NCBI GenBank assembly: GCA_964513385.1
Contig: CAZEMC010000007.1
Coordinates: forward strand, 21,552-85,551
Reading direction: 5' to 3'
Length of the DNA: 64,000 bases
Source of the DNA: an uncultured Candidatus Saccharibacteria bacterium
Lineage (GTDB): Bacteria > Patescibacteriota > Saccharimonadia > Saccharimonadales > UBA4665
The notes under the pieces were generated by a model, which was given only the letters and a program-made list of their open reading frames with translations, made no database searches and had not been told where the DNA came from. Position numbers and translations under genes: made by a program. Positions 55,599 through 63,683 of the stretch are shown here, piece after piece (positions within the stretch are counted from its first letter, which is position 1; each line of letters starts with the position of its first letter).

Positions 55599-55665
55599 CG
55601 TAGAACGACGAATGAAGAAAGACGAAGATGGATGTGCCTCTTCGTTCTTCATTCATCGTTCTACG
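55599..55665. repeat. long word-tract hairpin (GAAGAA/CGAA vs TTCGTTCTTC), terminator-like without a U-tract
   Basis: Left arm 55599-55627 and right arm 55640-55665 form about 26 bp with one mismatch and a 3-nt bulge. Starts 1 nt after the GH15 stop. Confidence 0.65.
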
Positions 55666-55731
55666 TTCGGAGGCGACATCTAAAAATTCCAGCACGACGG
55701 CCGGAATCTCTAATACACCAAAATACAGAAC

Positions 55732-55938
55732 CTAGTGTTTTCGGGGCTTGACTTCGTTGCGGCCAAGATTTTTCTTGGTCTCTACGAACAGCACGTGCTT
55801 GCGCAGCTTGGGGCTGTACTTTTTCAAACTCAACTTTTCGGTTGTGTTCTGCGTGTTCTTGCTTGTGTAGTAAATGCGCTCGCCGGACTCTTCGCTTACG
55901 AGCCCGACTAGTTTGCGCTTGTCACCTTTTTTCGCCAT
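55732..55938 (-). CDS. rpmG: 50S ribosomal protein L33 (Cys-less form, C-terminally extended)
   Basis: [33 protein letters not shown] matches the L33 core. Confidence 0.85.
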   Translation of the reverse strand: MAKKGDKRKLVGLVSEESGERIYYTSKNTQNTTEKLSLKKYSPKLRKHVLFVETKKNLGRNEVKPRKH

Positions 55939-56144
55939 ATCCCAAGTAGTCTAACAGATGCGGAAGGTTTTGTAAACAGTTTTCAGACTAAAATACAAAA
56001 ATACCGACTGATCAGGTCGGTAAATTTGTACTTCTTGCAAGAAGAGATGAGATGCATAGATGTTCGCTTATTTTTTCACGTTCATCTACTTTTGTAAGTG
56101 TTCGTTTTTTCCGTACTCTTACTACTCAGATAGTATCAAGCCGC

Positions 56145-56357
56145 TTATGCTTTGTCAACAGGTTTTTCCGGAACGACCACCCAACAGATAATGTATGCCA
56201 GAAATGCAGGAAAGAAACCGAAGAGGAGCAGCGCCACTGCTATAAGCCGTACGACGACAGGGTCGATGGCGAAGTATTCCGCTACCCCGCCACATACGCC
56301 GGCAATCATTTTGTTTGTCGTAGAACGATATAAGCGCTTGGGTTCTTGTTGTGTCAT
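56145..56357 (-). CDS. PspC domain-containing membrane protein
   Basis: KMIAGVCGGVAEYFAIDPVVVRL followed by one TM segment. Confidence 0.8.
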   Translation of the reverse strand: MTQQEPKRLYRSTTNKMIAGVCGGVAEYFAIDPVVVRLIAVALLLFGFFPAFLAYIICWVVVPEKPVDKA

Positions 56358-56383
56358 ACCTTTAGTATACGCTCTTTCGTAAA

Positions 56384-56548
56384 TGAACTCATTTCAAAAC
56401 TCGCTTCCTAGGCTGAAACTTGCAGATTGTGGGCTGGAGTGTTTGGAGCGGGAGGAAGCGTAACGGTGTTTACGGTGACGAGTGCTCCGGGCGCTCTGGC
56501 CTGCAAGGCTGCGGGTTTTAGGCGGAATGGAGTTTTGAAATGAGTTCA
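56384..56548 (-). repeat. 165-nt rod-like hairpin element, copy 2
   Basis: Perfect 19-bp terminal stem TGAACTCATTTCAAAACTC / GAGTTTTGAAATGAGTTCA. The interior aligns with the reverse complement of 40408-40573. Confidence 0.75.
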
Positions 56549-56550
56549 AT

Positions 56551-56576
56551 AAAAAACCTAGCCATTTCCGGCTAGG
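56551..56576 (-). terminator. intrinsic terminator after the tRNA-Thr/Tyr/Thr cluster
   Basis: Minus strand reads CCTAGCC-GGAAAT-GGCTAGG followed by TTTTTT. Confidence 0.75.
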
Positions 56577-56588
56577 TTCGGTATTCTG

Positions 56589-56663
<75 letters not shown>

Positions 56664-56666
56664 GCT

Positions 56667-56751
56667 TGGTGCAGGGTGTAGGATTCGAACCTACGAACTC
56701 GGAGAGGGCAGATTTACAGTCTGCTGTGTTTGACCGCTTCACTAACCCTGC
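56667..56751 (-). tRNA. tRNA-Tyr (anticodon GTA), long variable arm, CCA encoded
   Basis: GCAGGGT...GCAGA-CTGTAAA-TCTGC...GGTTCGAATCC...ACCCTGCACCA. Confidence 0.9.
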
Positions 56752-56763
56752 ATTTAAATATTC

Positions 56764-56840
56764 TGGAGCCGCCTGTCGGATTCGAACCGACGACCCGATG
56801 CTTACAAAGCAACTGCTCTGGCCAACTGAGCTAAGGCGGC
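56764..56840 (-). tRNA. tRNA-Thr (anticodon TGT), CCA encoded
   Basis: GCCGCCTTAGCTCAGTTGGCCAGAGCA-GTTGC-TTTGTAA-GCATC (one U-U mismatch)...GGTTCGAATCC...GGCGGCTCCA. Confidence 0.88.
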
Positions 56841-56841
56841 A

Positions 56842-57279
56842 CTACTGATTCTTCATGTATTTATTGCGTCGCCATATTCTCCCATTCCCCTTATTCAGGT
56901 TACGAAAATTGGCAGTTAGCGCATGACAATTGGGGCATATTAGACGTAAGTTTTCCTCTACGTTATTATTGGGATTGCCATCTACATGGTCGATTTCTAG
57001 TGGCACTCGGCCTGTAGTAATGTTGACTTCGTTCCAGCCGCATTGCGAACATCGCTCTCCATATTTCTGCGCGATGTACCTTCGTACATGTCCTGATACT
57101 CCTTGAGCACGAATACCCATGCCGCCACTTACCTTGCCTTGCTTCCAGAGCGCGATGAATTGCTTATACTGGAATTCGTGCTGACATACGTAACGGCAAT
57201 AGATTGCTGCCTTGCGTTTGACCGGAGCTCCACAATTTTGACATGGCTTCACGATTGCAATTATATACCAAATTTTCAA
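56842..57279 (-). CDS. HNH endonuclease
   Basis: LEIDHVDGNPNNNVEENLRLICPNCHA plus CxxC pairs. AT-richer than neighbours. The stop codon ends 1 nt from the tRNA-Thr(TGT) 5' end. Confidence 0.85.
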   Translation of the reverse strand: MKIWYIIAIVKPCQNCGAPVKRKAAIYCRYVCQHEFQYKQFIALWKQGKVSGGMGIRAQGVSGHVRRYIAQKYGERCSQCGWNEVNITTGRVPLEIDHVDGNPNNNVEENLRLICPNCHALTANFRNLNKGNGRIWRRNKYMKNQ

Positions 57280-57363
57280 CGTTCTGTCTAAACCAGCCTA
57301 CAGATAAAGAGTGTACCAAAACAGGGGTAAAAACTCAAGTCATTATCCTGTTATACTGCTTGT

Positions 57364-57834
57364 ATGGATAAGATTTTTCGTCTCCAGCCCTGGACGCCAC
57401 AATTAAGACATACCGCAGAGGATGTTATAGGGCGTATCCATGGAGCCATACCTGAATGCGAAGTGCTGTTTATGGGGGCGGCTGCGCTAGGGTTGCCAGG
57501 TAAAAACGATATCGACCTTGATATACTATGCGACGTTTCTGACATCGACCGCTACACAGAACTACTCACTCCTATACTCGGTGAGCCGAAAGATAACAAA
57601 GACTCTCTGACCACGTGGGAATGTGCCCAAGACGGGTACGAAATAGATGCGATACTTTCCGACCCCAGGACATCTCACGTCCCTCGGCAACGTGCTGTTT
57701 TCGAAAAACTGAAGTCTGACCCAGCATCGCAAGCGATATATTTACGGCTCAAGCAGGAGTGCGACGGCCTACCCTATGAAGTGTATGAACGGCGGAAGAA
57801 GGAATTCTTTACTATGTTACTTACCGGTGGTTAG
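57364..57834 (+). CDS. nucleotidyltransferase-fold protein (GrpB-like)
   Basis: FMGAAALGLPGKNDIDLDI resembles the GS...DxD nucleotidyltransferase/GrpB motif. Confidence 0.5.
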   Translation: MDKIFRLQPWTPQLRHTAEDVIGRIHGAIPECEVLFMGAAALGLPGKNDIDLDILCDVSDIDRYTELLTPILGEPKDNKDSLTTWECAQDGYEIDAILSDPRTSHVPRQRAVFEKLKSDPASQAIYLRLKQECDGLPYEVYERRKKEFFTMLLTGG

Positions 57835-58484
57835 ATGACCACTTTGCGGGGGCGGAGGATGCGGCGCGGGTGACCGGCCGGGACGATGAGTTTTTTGAGT
57901 TTTTCGTCTATCATGTCGGCTTCTTTTTCCATGCCGCGCTCTTCATAGGCCTTTTGCAACAAGCTGTAGGTTTCTTTGTTCGGTTCGAGTTCGACGGCAC
58001 GTTCCAGGGCTTTGAACATCAGTTTTTCGTTGCCGAGTTTTTCGTTCACCTTGGCGTAAGCAATGTGGCGGGCGGCAAGTGATTCCTCAAGACGCAAGGC
58101 TTGTTCGAAGGCGATGCCGGCCTTTTCGTAGTTTTCGGTTTCGTAATAAATAAGCCCTAAGTTATGCAAACTTGAGGGCGTGGCTTCGATGGAACTGGCG
58201 ATTTCGAAACAATCTATAGCGTCGCGGTATTCTTTCTGTTTGGCGTAGAGTATACCCAGACGGTTATAAGCAGCAGCGTTCTTTTCATCGATTTTCAGGA
58301 TGGTCAGAAGCGCCTTCTCGGCGCGCAAGAAGCGGTTTTCGCGCATGCCCTGGTGTGCGATGTCCCAGAGCTTGCCTATGCGGTCACCGACTTTGCGGGA
58401 GACGTCCGCGAATTCATCGGCGTGGAGCTTCACATTTATCAAACTTAAAACGCCAAAGGCGCCAACCACAATAAGTCCATACAT
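57831..58484 (-). CDS. membrane-anchored tetratricopeptide repeat protein
   Basis: N-terminal TM segment and at least 4 TPR units (e.g. AAAYNRLGILYAKQKEYRDAIDCFEIA). Confidence 0.75.
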   Translation of the reverse strand: MYGLIVVGAFGVLSLINVKLHADEFADVSRKVGDRIGKLWDIAHQGMRENRFLRAEKALLTILKIDEKNAAAYNRLGILYAKQKEYRDAIDCFEIASSIEATPSSLHNLGLIYYETENYEKAGIAFEQALRLEESLAARHIAYAKVNEKLGNEKLMFKALERAVELEPNKETYSLLQKAYEERGMEKEADMIDEKLKKLIVPAGHPRRILRPRKVVI

Positions 58485-58580
58485 CGGTACCCTTCAGTAT
58501 AGCATAGGCAGAACGGTGTACGAAGGGCTGACCGAAACATGCGCAATGAACCGAAGATAGAGGCACGGCTTTGCTATATA

Positions 58581-59222
58581 ATGAGGCTTATGAAGAAGCC
58601 TGTCGTCATCGCAGCAGCGGTCGTCACCGGATTAGTGGTACTTGGCATGTATCTATACCTCTTCCCGGCGCCCTGGAAACCTGCTTTCTTGCGGAACCCT
58701 GTGGAACGGCAGGTTCAGACGCAACTCAACGCGTCACATGACCCGGTGTACTTACCGGGAACTGGACAGACGGCCACTGCGGGCGGCATGACCTACCACA
58801 ACAGGTTCACGACCTACAGCACTTGGCAAGACGCCTACTACGTGCAGGCGATTCTGAAGGGATTTTACTATCAGGTGTCGCCGCGTTCGGTAATAAGCAC
58901 GGGTAACGACGGGCCCGAAGCGTCCATCGTCGACTTCTTGAACAACGTCAAAAATGGCAAGGTGTGCATCGCTACGGACAGGCAGGTTACCGACTGTTCC
59001 TTCACGGAAGCGGGGCTTGGCGAGCGGAAGTTTAAGGCTTACGGGATAGATGGCTATACGCTTGTGGCGGAGATTACCCAGGCCAACTACAGTTTCTCGG
59101 GCAAAGCGAGCCTGAGGACTTTCAACGATAGCGAAACGAAGCAAGTAGAGCAGATGCTGACCGATGCATCGCCGGTTCCGCTCGCCGAAGCCCGCAAATC
59201 GCAGTTCGCCTACAATATCTAG
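58581..59222 (+). CDS. hypothetical membrane-anchored protein
   Basis: MRLMKKPVVIAAAVVTGLVVLGMYLY signal/anchor. No other motif. Confidence 0.5.
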   Translation: MRLMKKPVVIAAAVVTGLVVLGMYLYLFPAPWKPAFLRNPVERQVQTQLNASHDPVYLPGTGQTATAGGMTYHNRFTTYSTWQDAYYVQAILKGFYYQVSPRSVISTGNDGPEASIVDFLNNVKNGKVCIATDRQVTDCSFTEAGLGERKFKAYGIDGYTLVAEITQANYSFSGKASLRTFNDSETKQVEQMLTDASPVPLAEARKSQFAYNI

Positions 59223-59396
59223 TACTGCCTGCTACCGCGGTTTACTTACGCTATAGTCGGTATTAAATAATACCTCACCCGATTGTAGAAGTGAGCCAAA
59301 TACTAGGGCTGCCTGAAGTTCTGGAGTCATTGGGGTTTGAAGCCGATATCTCGTCATAATTATAAGTATCCTGCCAAATGTCGGGGGTGTCAACTG

Positions 59397-60248
59397 CTAC
59401 AAAGACAGCATCAGGTCGGTGAGGACTAGTTTGGTATTGCCGTTTTTTTCGAGGGCGTCTTGGGCGGTCACGCCGGCTTGTAACACGGATTGCCAGCGCG
59501 GCAGGGTGGCTGGGTTTTGGGCGGCGGCTCGTTCCAGGCTTACGGTGGCGACGCGCACCAGGTTATCGACGAACGCATTAGCAGCCTCTTTGTCTTTGGC
59601 CATGGCGTCGACGTGCAGCAACCGGTCGTAGGTGTTGCCCGCTAGGACGGCTCGCACCGTGTCTATATCGGCGTTGCTTTCACCGCTCAGTATCGCTTCC
59701 ATTTGGCGGATTGAGCCTTCGGTCATCAAGTGGGCGCGTTCTATATCTGTCGGCGCGTAGCCTTTTACGACGAACCAGCCAGCGATTTGCCGCTTGCTTG
59801 GCGTTGTTACGGCCAACTCGGTTGTCCGTGAACGGATGGTAGCGAGCAGGCGTTTCGAATCATGCGAGACTAGCACGAGGACACTGCCCTGCGGTGGTTC
59901 TTCGAGCGTTTTTAGAAGCGCGTTCTGAGCTTCGGTAGAAAGCGTGTCGGCGTCGTCTAGTACTACGACGCGTTTTACCACCGCATTGCCGGGCACCGTC
60001 AGTGCGAAGAAGCTTTGCAGCCCACGAACAGACTCTATGGGTATGGTTCCCTTTTCTGGTGCCAGAAGTCGGAAGTACTGCTCATTCTCGAGGTTTTTGC
60101 TGCCAAGCAGTTCTTTGGCGAGCACGTTCGCGATGGTGCTGAGGCCTATTCCCCGCTGCCCTGTCAGCAGTACCGCATGTGCAGGCTTGTCCAGAAATGC
60201 CTGTAGCGATGTTCTCGCATCCTTGCTCAGGAGCAGTTCATCGAACAT
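59397..60248 (-). CDS. holB: DNA polymerase III subunit delta'
   Basis: HAVLLTGQRGIGLST and VVVLDDADTLSTEAQNALLKTLEEPP. Confidence 0.85.
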   Translation of the reverse strand: MFDELLLSKDARTSLQAFLDKPAHAVLLTGQRGIGLSTIANVLAKELLGSKNLENEQYFRLLAPEKGTIPIESVRGLQSFFALTVPGNAVVKRVVVLDDADTLSTEAQNALLKTLEEPPQGSVLVLVSHDSKRLLATIRSRTTELAVTTPSKRQIAGWFVVKGYAPTDIERAHLMTEGSIRQMEAILSGESNADIDTVRAVLAGNTYDRLLHVDAMAKDKEAANAFVDNLVRVATVSLERAAAQNPATLPRWQSVLQAGVTAQDALEKNGNTKLVLTDLMLSL

Positions 60249-60261
60249 GACTCACCTCGTT

Positions 60262-60345
60262 GTCATGCTGAACTTGTTTCAGCACCCATGCGTTCATATG
60301 AGCGTCCGTGCTACCGTATGGGTCCTGAAACAAGTTCAGGATGAC
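60262..60345. repeat. GTCAT...ATGAC MITE-like element, copy 5
   Basis: GTCATGCTGAACTTGTTTCAGCA-core-CCTGAAACAAGTTCAGGATGAC. Reverse-complement homologue of copy 3. Confidence 0.75.
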
Positions 60346-60356
60346 AAGACCACGAC

Positions 60357-61238
60357 TCACTTTAGAAGCTCCTGGAATTCCGGGGGGATGGGAGCGTGGA
60401 AGACCTTGCGTTCACTATTCGCCGGCACGGTTATCTCTAGCTCTTCGGCGTGCAAATAGAGCCTGTCGGCTTCTTTGCCATTGTACATATGGTCGCCGAC
60501 GATGGGATGGCCAAGGTGGTTCAAGTGGACGCGTAGCTGGTGAGTGCGGCCAGTGGTAGGTTTGAGTTCGAGCAATGAGTACTTGTCGTTCTGTGCAATG
60601 ACTTTATAGTGCGTTACGGCGCTTTTGCCCTGAGCGCCGACGCGAAAGGTAGCTGGGGCTCGAGGGTTTCGTTCTATGGGCATATCTATGACTGCCTCTG
60701 GTGGGTTCAAATGCCCTGTGACTACTGCGGCGTAGGTCTTTTTGGTTTTACGCTGGGCGAACTGCTTTTGCAGCCACGCGAGGGCTTTCGGTGTCTTGGC
60801 ACATATCATCACACCAGATGTAGCGCGGTCTAGACGGTGGACAATTCCTGCACGGTTGTTCAGGCTGTTTTTATCCTGGTCGAGCAGCACCTCGTCTTGT
60901 ATACGGCCGTGGAGCCAGGTGGCAACACTTGGTTCGGGGTTGAAGGCGCCTTTGCTGTGTGTCAGTAGCCCGACCGGCTTTACGATGACCACGCAGTCAT
61001 CGTCTTCGTACAGAATAGGCAGTTCAATACCGGGGATGGTAAATGCTTCGGGATCGTAATCCACGACAACTTCGTCTGAAATGCGGATTTTAGTACCAGC
61101 CTTAGTAGCGACTTCGCCGTTTATGGTAACCTTCCCTTCGTCTATCAGCCGCACAGCAAACGACCGGCTCAGCGTCGGCAGCAAACTAACCACCCGCTGG
61201 TCCAACCGTTCGCCTCTACTTAGTTCTATATTGCTCAC
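60357..61238 (-). CDS. rluD: RluA-family 23S rRNA pseudouridine synthase (RluD-like)
   Basis: N-terminal S4 domain and catalytic HRLDRATSG. Confidence 0.9.
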   Translation of the reverse strand: MSNIELSRGERLDQRVVSLLPTLSRSFAVRLIDEGKVTINGEVATKAGTKIRISDEVVVDYDPEAFTIPGIELPILYEDDDCVVIVKPVGLLTHSKGAFNPEPSVATWLHGRIQDEVLLDQDKNSLNNRAGIVHRLDRATSGVMICAKTPKALAWLQKQFAQRKTKKTYAAVVTGHLNPPEAVIDMPIERNPRAPATFRVGAQGKSAVTHYKVIAQNDKYSLLELKPTTGRTHQLRVHLNHLGHPIVGDHMYNGKEADRLYLHAEELEITVPANSERKVFHAPIPPEFQELLK

Positions 61239-61609
61239 AATTCTTGTTTATCTAGCTCGCTTAGCTCATCAATTTTATAAAGAAACACCGTATCTCCATC
61301 TTCATTCACACTTATGGTGCTATCACCTGAAACTTGCTGATTCCCAGACTTTTCGCGAGCTTGAACGAAATGACCTCTACGCCCCTGTATTAAATCAGTA
61401 AAATACTTTTCTATGGCATCCACACTTTCGACATAATCTTCTGCATAGAGATAATACAGACCATTCGTGAGCCTCAGCTTCCATAAAAATGCATCCGGTG
61501 AAAGCATTTGAAACAACTTCACGTCAACCAGCACACTCTCACCTATTTCAAATTGATTTAGGCAATCTACGAGATCCTTTGTTCCGTACGCATATGTTTG
61601 TGCAATCAT
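61235..61609 (-). CDS. hypothetical protein (124 aa), AT-rich
   Basis: ORF track. 4-nt overlap with the rluD start. Clearly lower GC by eye than the flanking genes. Confidence 0.5.
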   Translation of the reverse strand: MIAQTYAYGTKDLVDCLNQFEIGESVLVDVKLFQMLSPDAFLWKLRLTNGLYYLYAEDYVESVDAIEKYFTDLIQGRRGHFVQAREKSGNQQVSGDSTISVNEDGDTVFLYKIDELSELDKQEL

Positions 61610-61613
61610 ATTT

Positions 61614-61652
61614 TCAGGCTCTCAGGCTCTCAGGCTCTCAGGCTCTCAGGCC
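61614..61652. repeat. 8-nt tandem repeat (TCAGGCTC x4.9)
   Basis: Read directly. Overlaps the trpS stop and its last 4 codons (GLRA). Confidence 0.9.
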
Positions 61653-62678
61653 GACGGCTTTTTGGACTTTAAGGAGAGTTGCGTTGGCGACTTCGTTCAT
61701 TTTGGCTTCGTCGGCGGCGAGTTTGGCCATAAGTTCAGCTTCGTTCACTTGATTCAGGCGTTGTTGGAAGTCTGTCAGGAATGCCTGCACCGCTTCGGCG
61801 ACAGCAGTCTTAAGCGGGCCATATTGCTCCTGGCCGACGTATTCGGCTACGACGTCGGGGTATGGCCGGTCGGTCAACAGCGCGAGTATTTGCAGCAGGT
61901 TACGTATGCCTGGTTGGTCCTGCGCGCTCGGGTCTATTTTGCCGAAGCTATCGGTTGCGGCACTTTTAATCTTCTTTGCGGCTTCTTCCGGCTTATCACC
62001 CAGGAATAGTACACTTTTACCACTGTCGTCGCTTTTACTCATTTTCTTAGACGGGTCTTGGAGGTCTTTAATCCTGAGCCCTTGCTCATTACCAAAGAAT
62101 GCATGTTGCGCCTTCATGGTTTCGGGGACAACAAACAACTCTCCGAACTTATTATTCAACCGCTCGGCAATGGCACGCGTATATTCTATGTGTTGCCTCT
62201 GGTCGTCACCAACAGGTACATACGTGGCGCCATACAGCAGGATATCCGCCGCCATAAGGGGAGGATAGTTAAATTGCCCTACGCCGATATGCTCAGAGCC
62301 AAGCCTAGCCGACTTGTCCTTGAATTCGGTCATGCGGCTTAACTCTCCAAAACCCGTAAAACAGTCCAGTATCCACGCAAGCTCGCTGTGGGCAGGGATG
62401 TAGCTTTGGCGGTAGATGTGGATGTTCGGGTGGTCGAGCGGCAAACCGGCAGCCACGAAGAGCTTTAGGTTGTGCAGAATCTGAGCTTGCAGCTGCGAGT
62501 GGTCTATGGGTGTCGTAAAGCTGTGCAGGTCGGGCACGAACAGGTTTATGTGGTAGTCGTCGGCATGGCTTTTGGCCATGTCTATCAGCGGCAGCAGCGC
62601 GCCGAAGTAGTTGCCGATATGCAGGTCGTTATTCGCCCGAAGGCCAGTCAAAATTACAGGTTTACTCATATAGTTCAT
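61638..62678 (-). CDS. trpS: tryptophan--tRNA ligase
   Basis: HIGNYFG (HIGH) and KMSKSD (KMSKS) motifs. Class Ic size. Confidence 0.95.
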   Translation of the reverse strand: MNYMSKPVILTGLRANNDLHIGNYFGALLPLIDMAKSHADDYHINLFVPDLHSFTTPIDHSQLQAQILHNLKLFVAAGLPLDHPNIHIYRQSYIPAHSELAWILDCFTGFGELSRMTEFKDKSARLGSEHIGVGQFNYPPLMAADILLYGATYVPVGDDQRQHIEYTRAIAERLNNKFGELFVVPETMKAQHAFFGNEQGLRIKDLQDPSKKMSKSDDSGKSVLFLGDKPEEAAKKIKSAATDSFGKIDPSAQDQPGIRNLLQILALLTDRPYPDVVAEYVGQEQYGPLKTAVAEAVQAFLTDFQQRLNQVNEAELMAKLAADEAKMNEVANATLLKVQKAVGLRA

Positions 62679-62710
62679 AGTATACCTTTTCTTCCTTTTG
62701 TTGTCTGCTG

Positions 62711-63106
62711 CTACACAATGCGCCCATCGACGACGCGCGGATCGACGCCAGCTTCTGCAAGCATGTGACGTACAACCGTTACATCTTCGGGCGGATAGAA
62801 ACCCTGTACGGCACGAAACACGTGGAAATTTAGCCCGCCCTCAAAGCCGATATCTTGTACCGGGTATTCCTCGGGCTCTTTGTACGCCACTCCTCCGTGC
62901 TCGTCACAATGCGTAGGGATGACCCGTATTCGTTGTACGCGGGCGGCATCTAGGATGTGTCGCGGCAACCCCCTTCTGTGCTTCGAGGCTTGCCTATCCT
63001 GCGTATATGTCACTAACGTGCGCGTACATTCCTGGCCGATACAACGGTATATGGCCGTAACATCCGATAGGTTATCGGGGTTATTCAAGATGTTATACTC
63101 TTTCAT
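62711..63106 (-). CDS. hypothetical protein (131 aa)
   Basis: ORF track. AAGGAG SD upstream. Confidence 0.5.
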   Translation of the reverse strand: MKEYNILNNPDNLSDVTAIYRCIGQECTRTLVTYTQDRQASKHRRGLPRHILDAARVQRIRVIPTHCDEHGGVAYKEPEEYPVQDIGFEGGLNFHVFRAVQGFYPPEDVTVVRHMLAEAGVDPRVVDGRIV

Positions 63107-63123
63107 AGTTTCTCCTTATAGTT

Positions 63124-63155
63124 AAAAGTCCGTCACAGGTTGTTCGTGACGGACT
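63124..63155 (-). terminator. intrinsic terminator (minus strand)
   Basis: AGTCCGTCAC (63127-63136) / GTGACGGACT (63146-63155). TTTT follows on the minus strand. Confidence 0.6.
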
Positions 63156-63291
63156 GATCAGTAGTTCCGAGTTAGTTATGAAGTTATAGACACACAGAAC
63201 AAGCCGCCACGTTTCGTGCGGCTTTGCCAGGACTTGTCCTGTGGGATGTGTCTGTGAGTGTATTTGAATTGCATGATTTACTTTTTACGCG

Positions 63292-63456
63292 CTAGGCTGT
63301 TGGTTCTTGCTCTGGTTCTTTATGAAATTGTATTGCTGCGCCCCATACGCCATCGGCCAATGCGGCTCTTTGTGTCCGCGTTGCCCTCAGCCACTCTTCG
63401 TATTGCTTTGCGTAGTCTTCGACTGGGGTTTCGTTTTGGCTTATTTCTCGTTCCAT
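63292..63456 (-). CDS. possible small protein (54 aa)
   Basis: Hand-translated: MEREISQNETPVEDYAKQYEEWLRATRTQRAALADGVWGAAIQFHKEPEQEPTA. AAAGGA upstream. Bracketed by terminators. Below the ORF-track size cutoff. Confidence 0.35.
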   Translation of the reverse strand: MEREISQNETPVEDYAKQYEEWLRATRTQRAALADGVWGAAIQFHKEPEQEPTA

Positions 63457-63482
63457 GAGGATCCTTTCTCGGAAGTGATATT

Positions 63483-63509
63483 AAAAAACCGCCGGGTGGC
63501 GGTTTCTTC
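63483..63509. terminator. bidirectional intrinsic terminator
   Basis: A6, then AACCGCC-GGGT-GGCGGTT, then TCTTCT. Confidence 0.7.
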
Positions 63510-63683
63510 TCTGGGTTCAATGTAGTTTAGCTTGAGCGCACAGAACAAACCGCCACGGGGGCGTCGTAAAGTACAACCAATAGTTGTTCTGCGTCATGCT
63601 TGACATACCGTGTAATATACACCTTTTGTCAAGATGGGGCAATAGTTTACGTAATCCGTGCAGAAAGAGTATAATCCTGGCCC

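Noticed and set aside
61614-61652. CRISPR or minisatellite array
   Set aside because: It is a simple 8-nt tandem repeat with no spacers.
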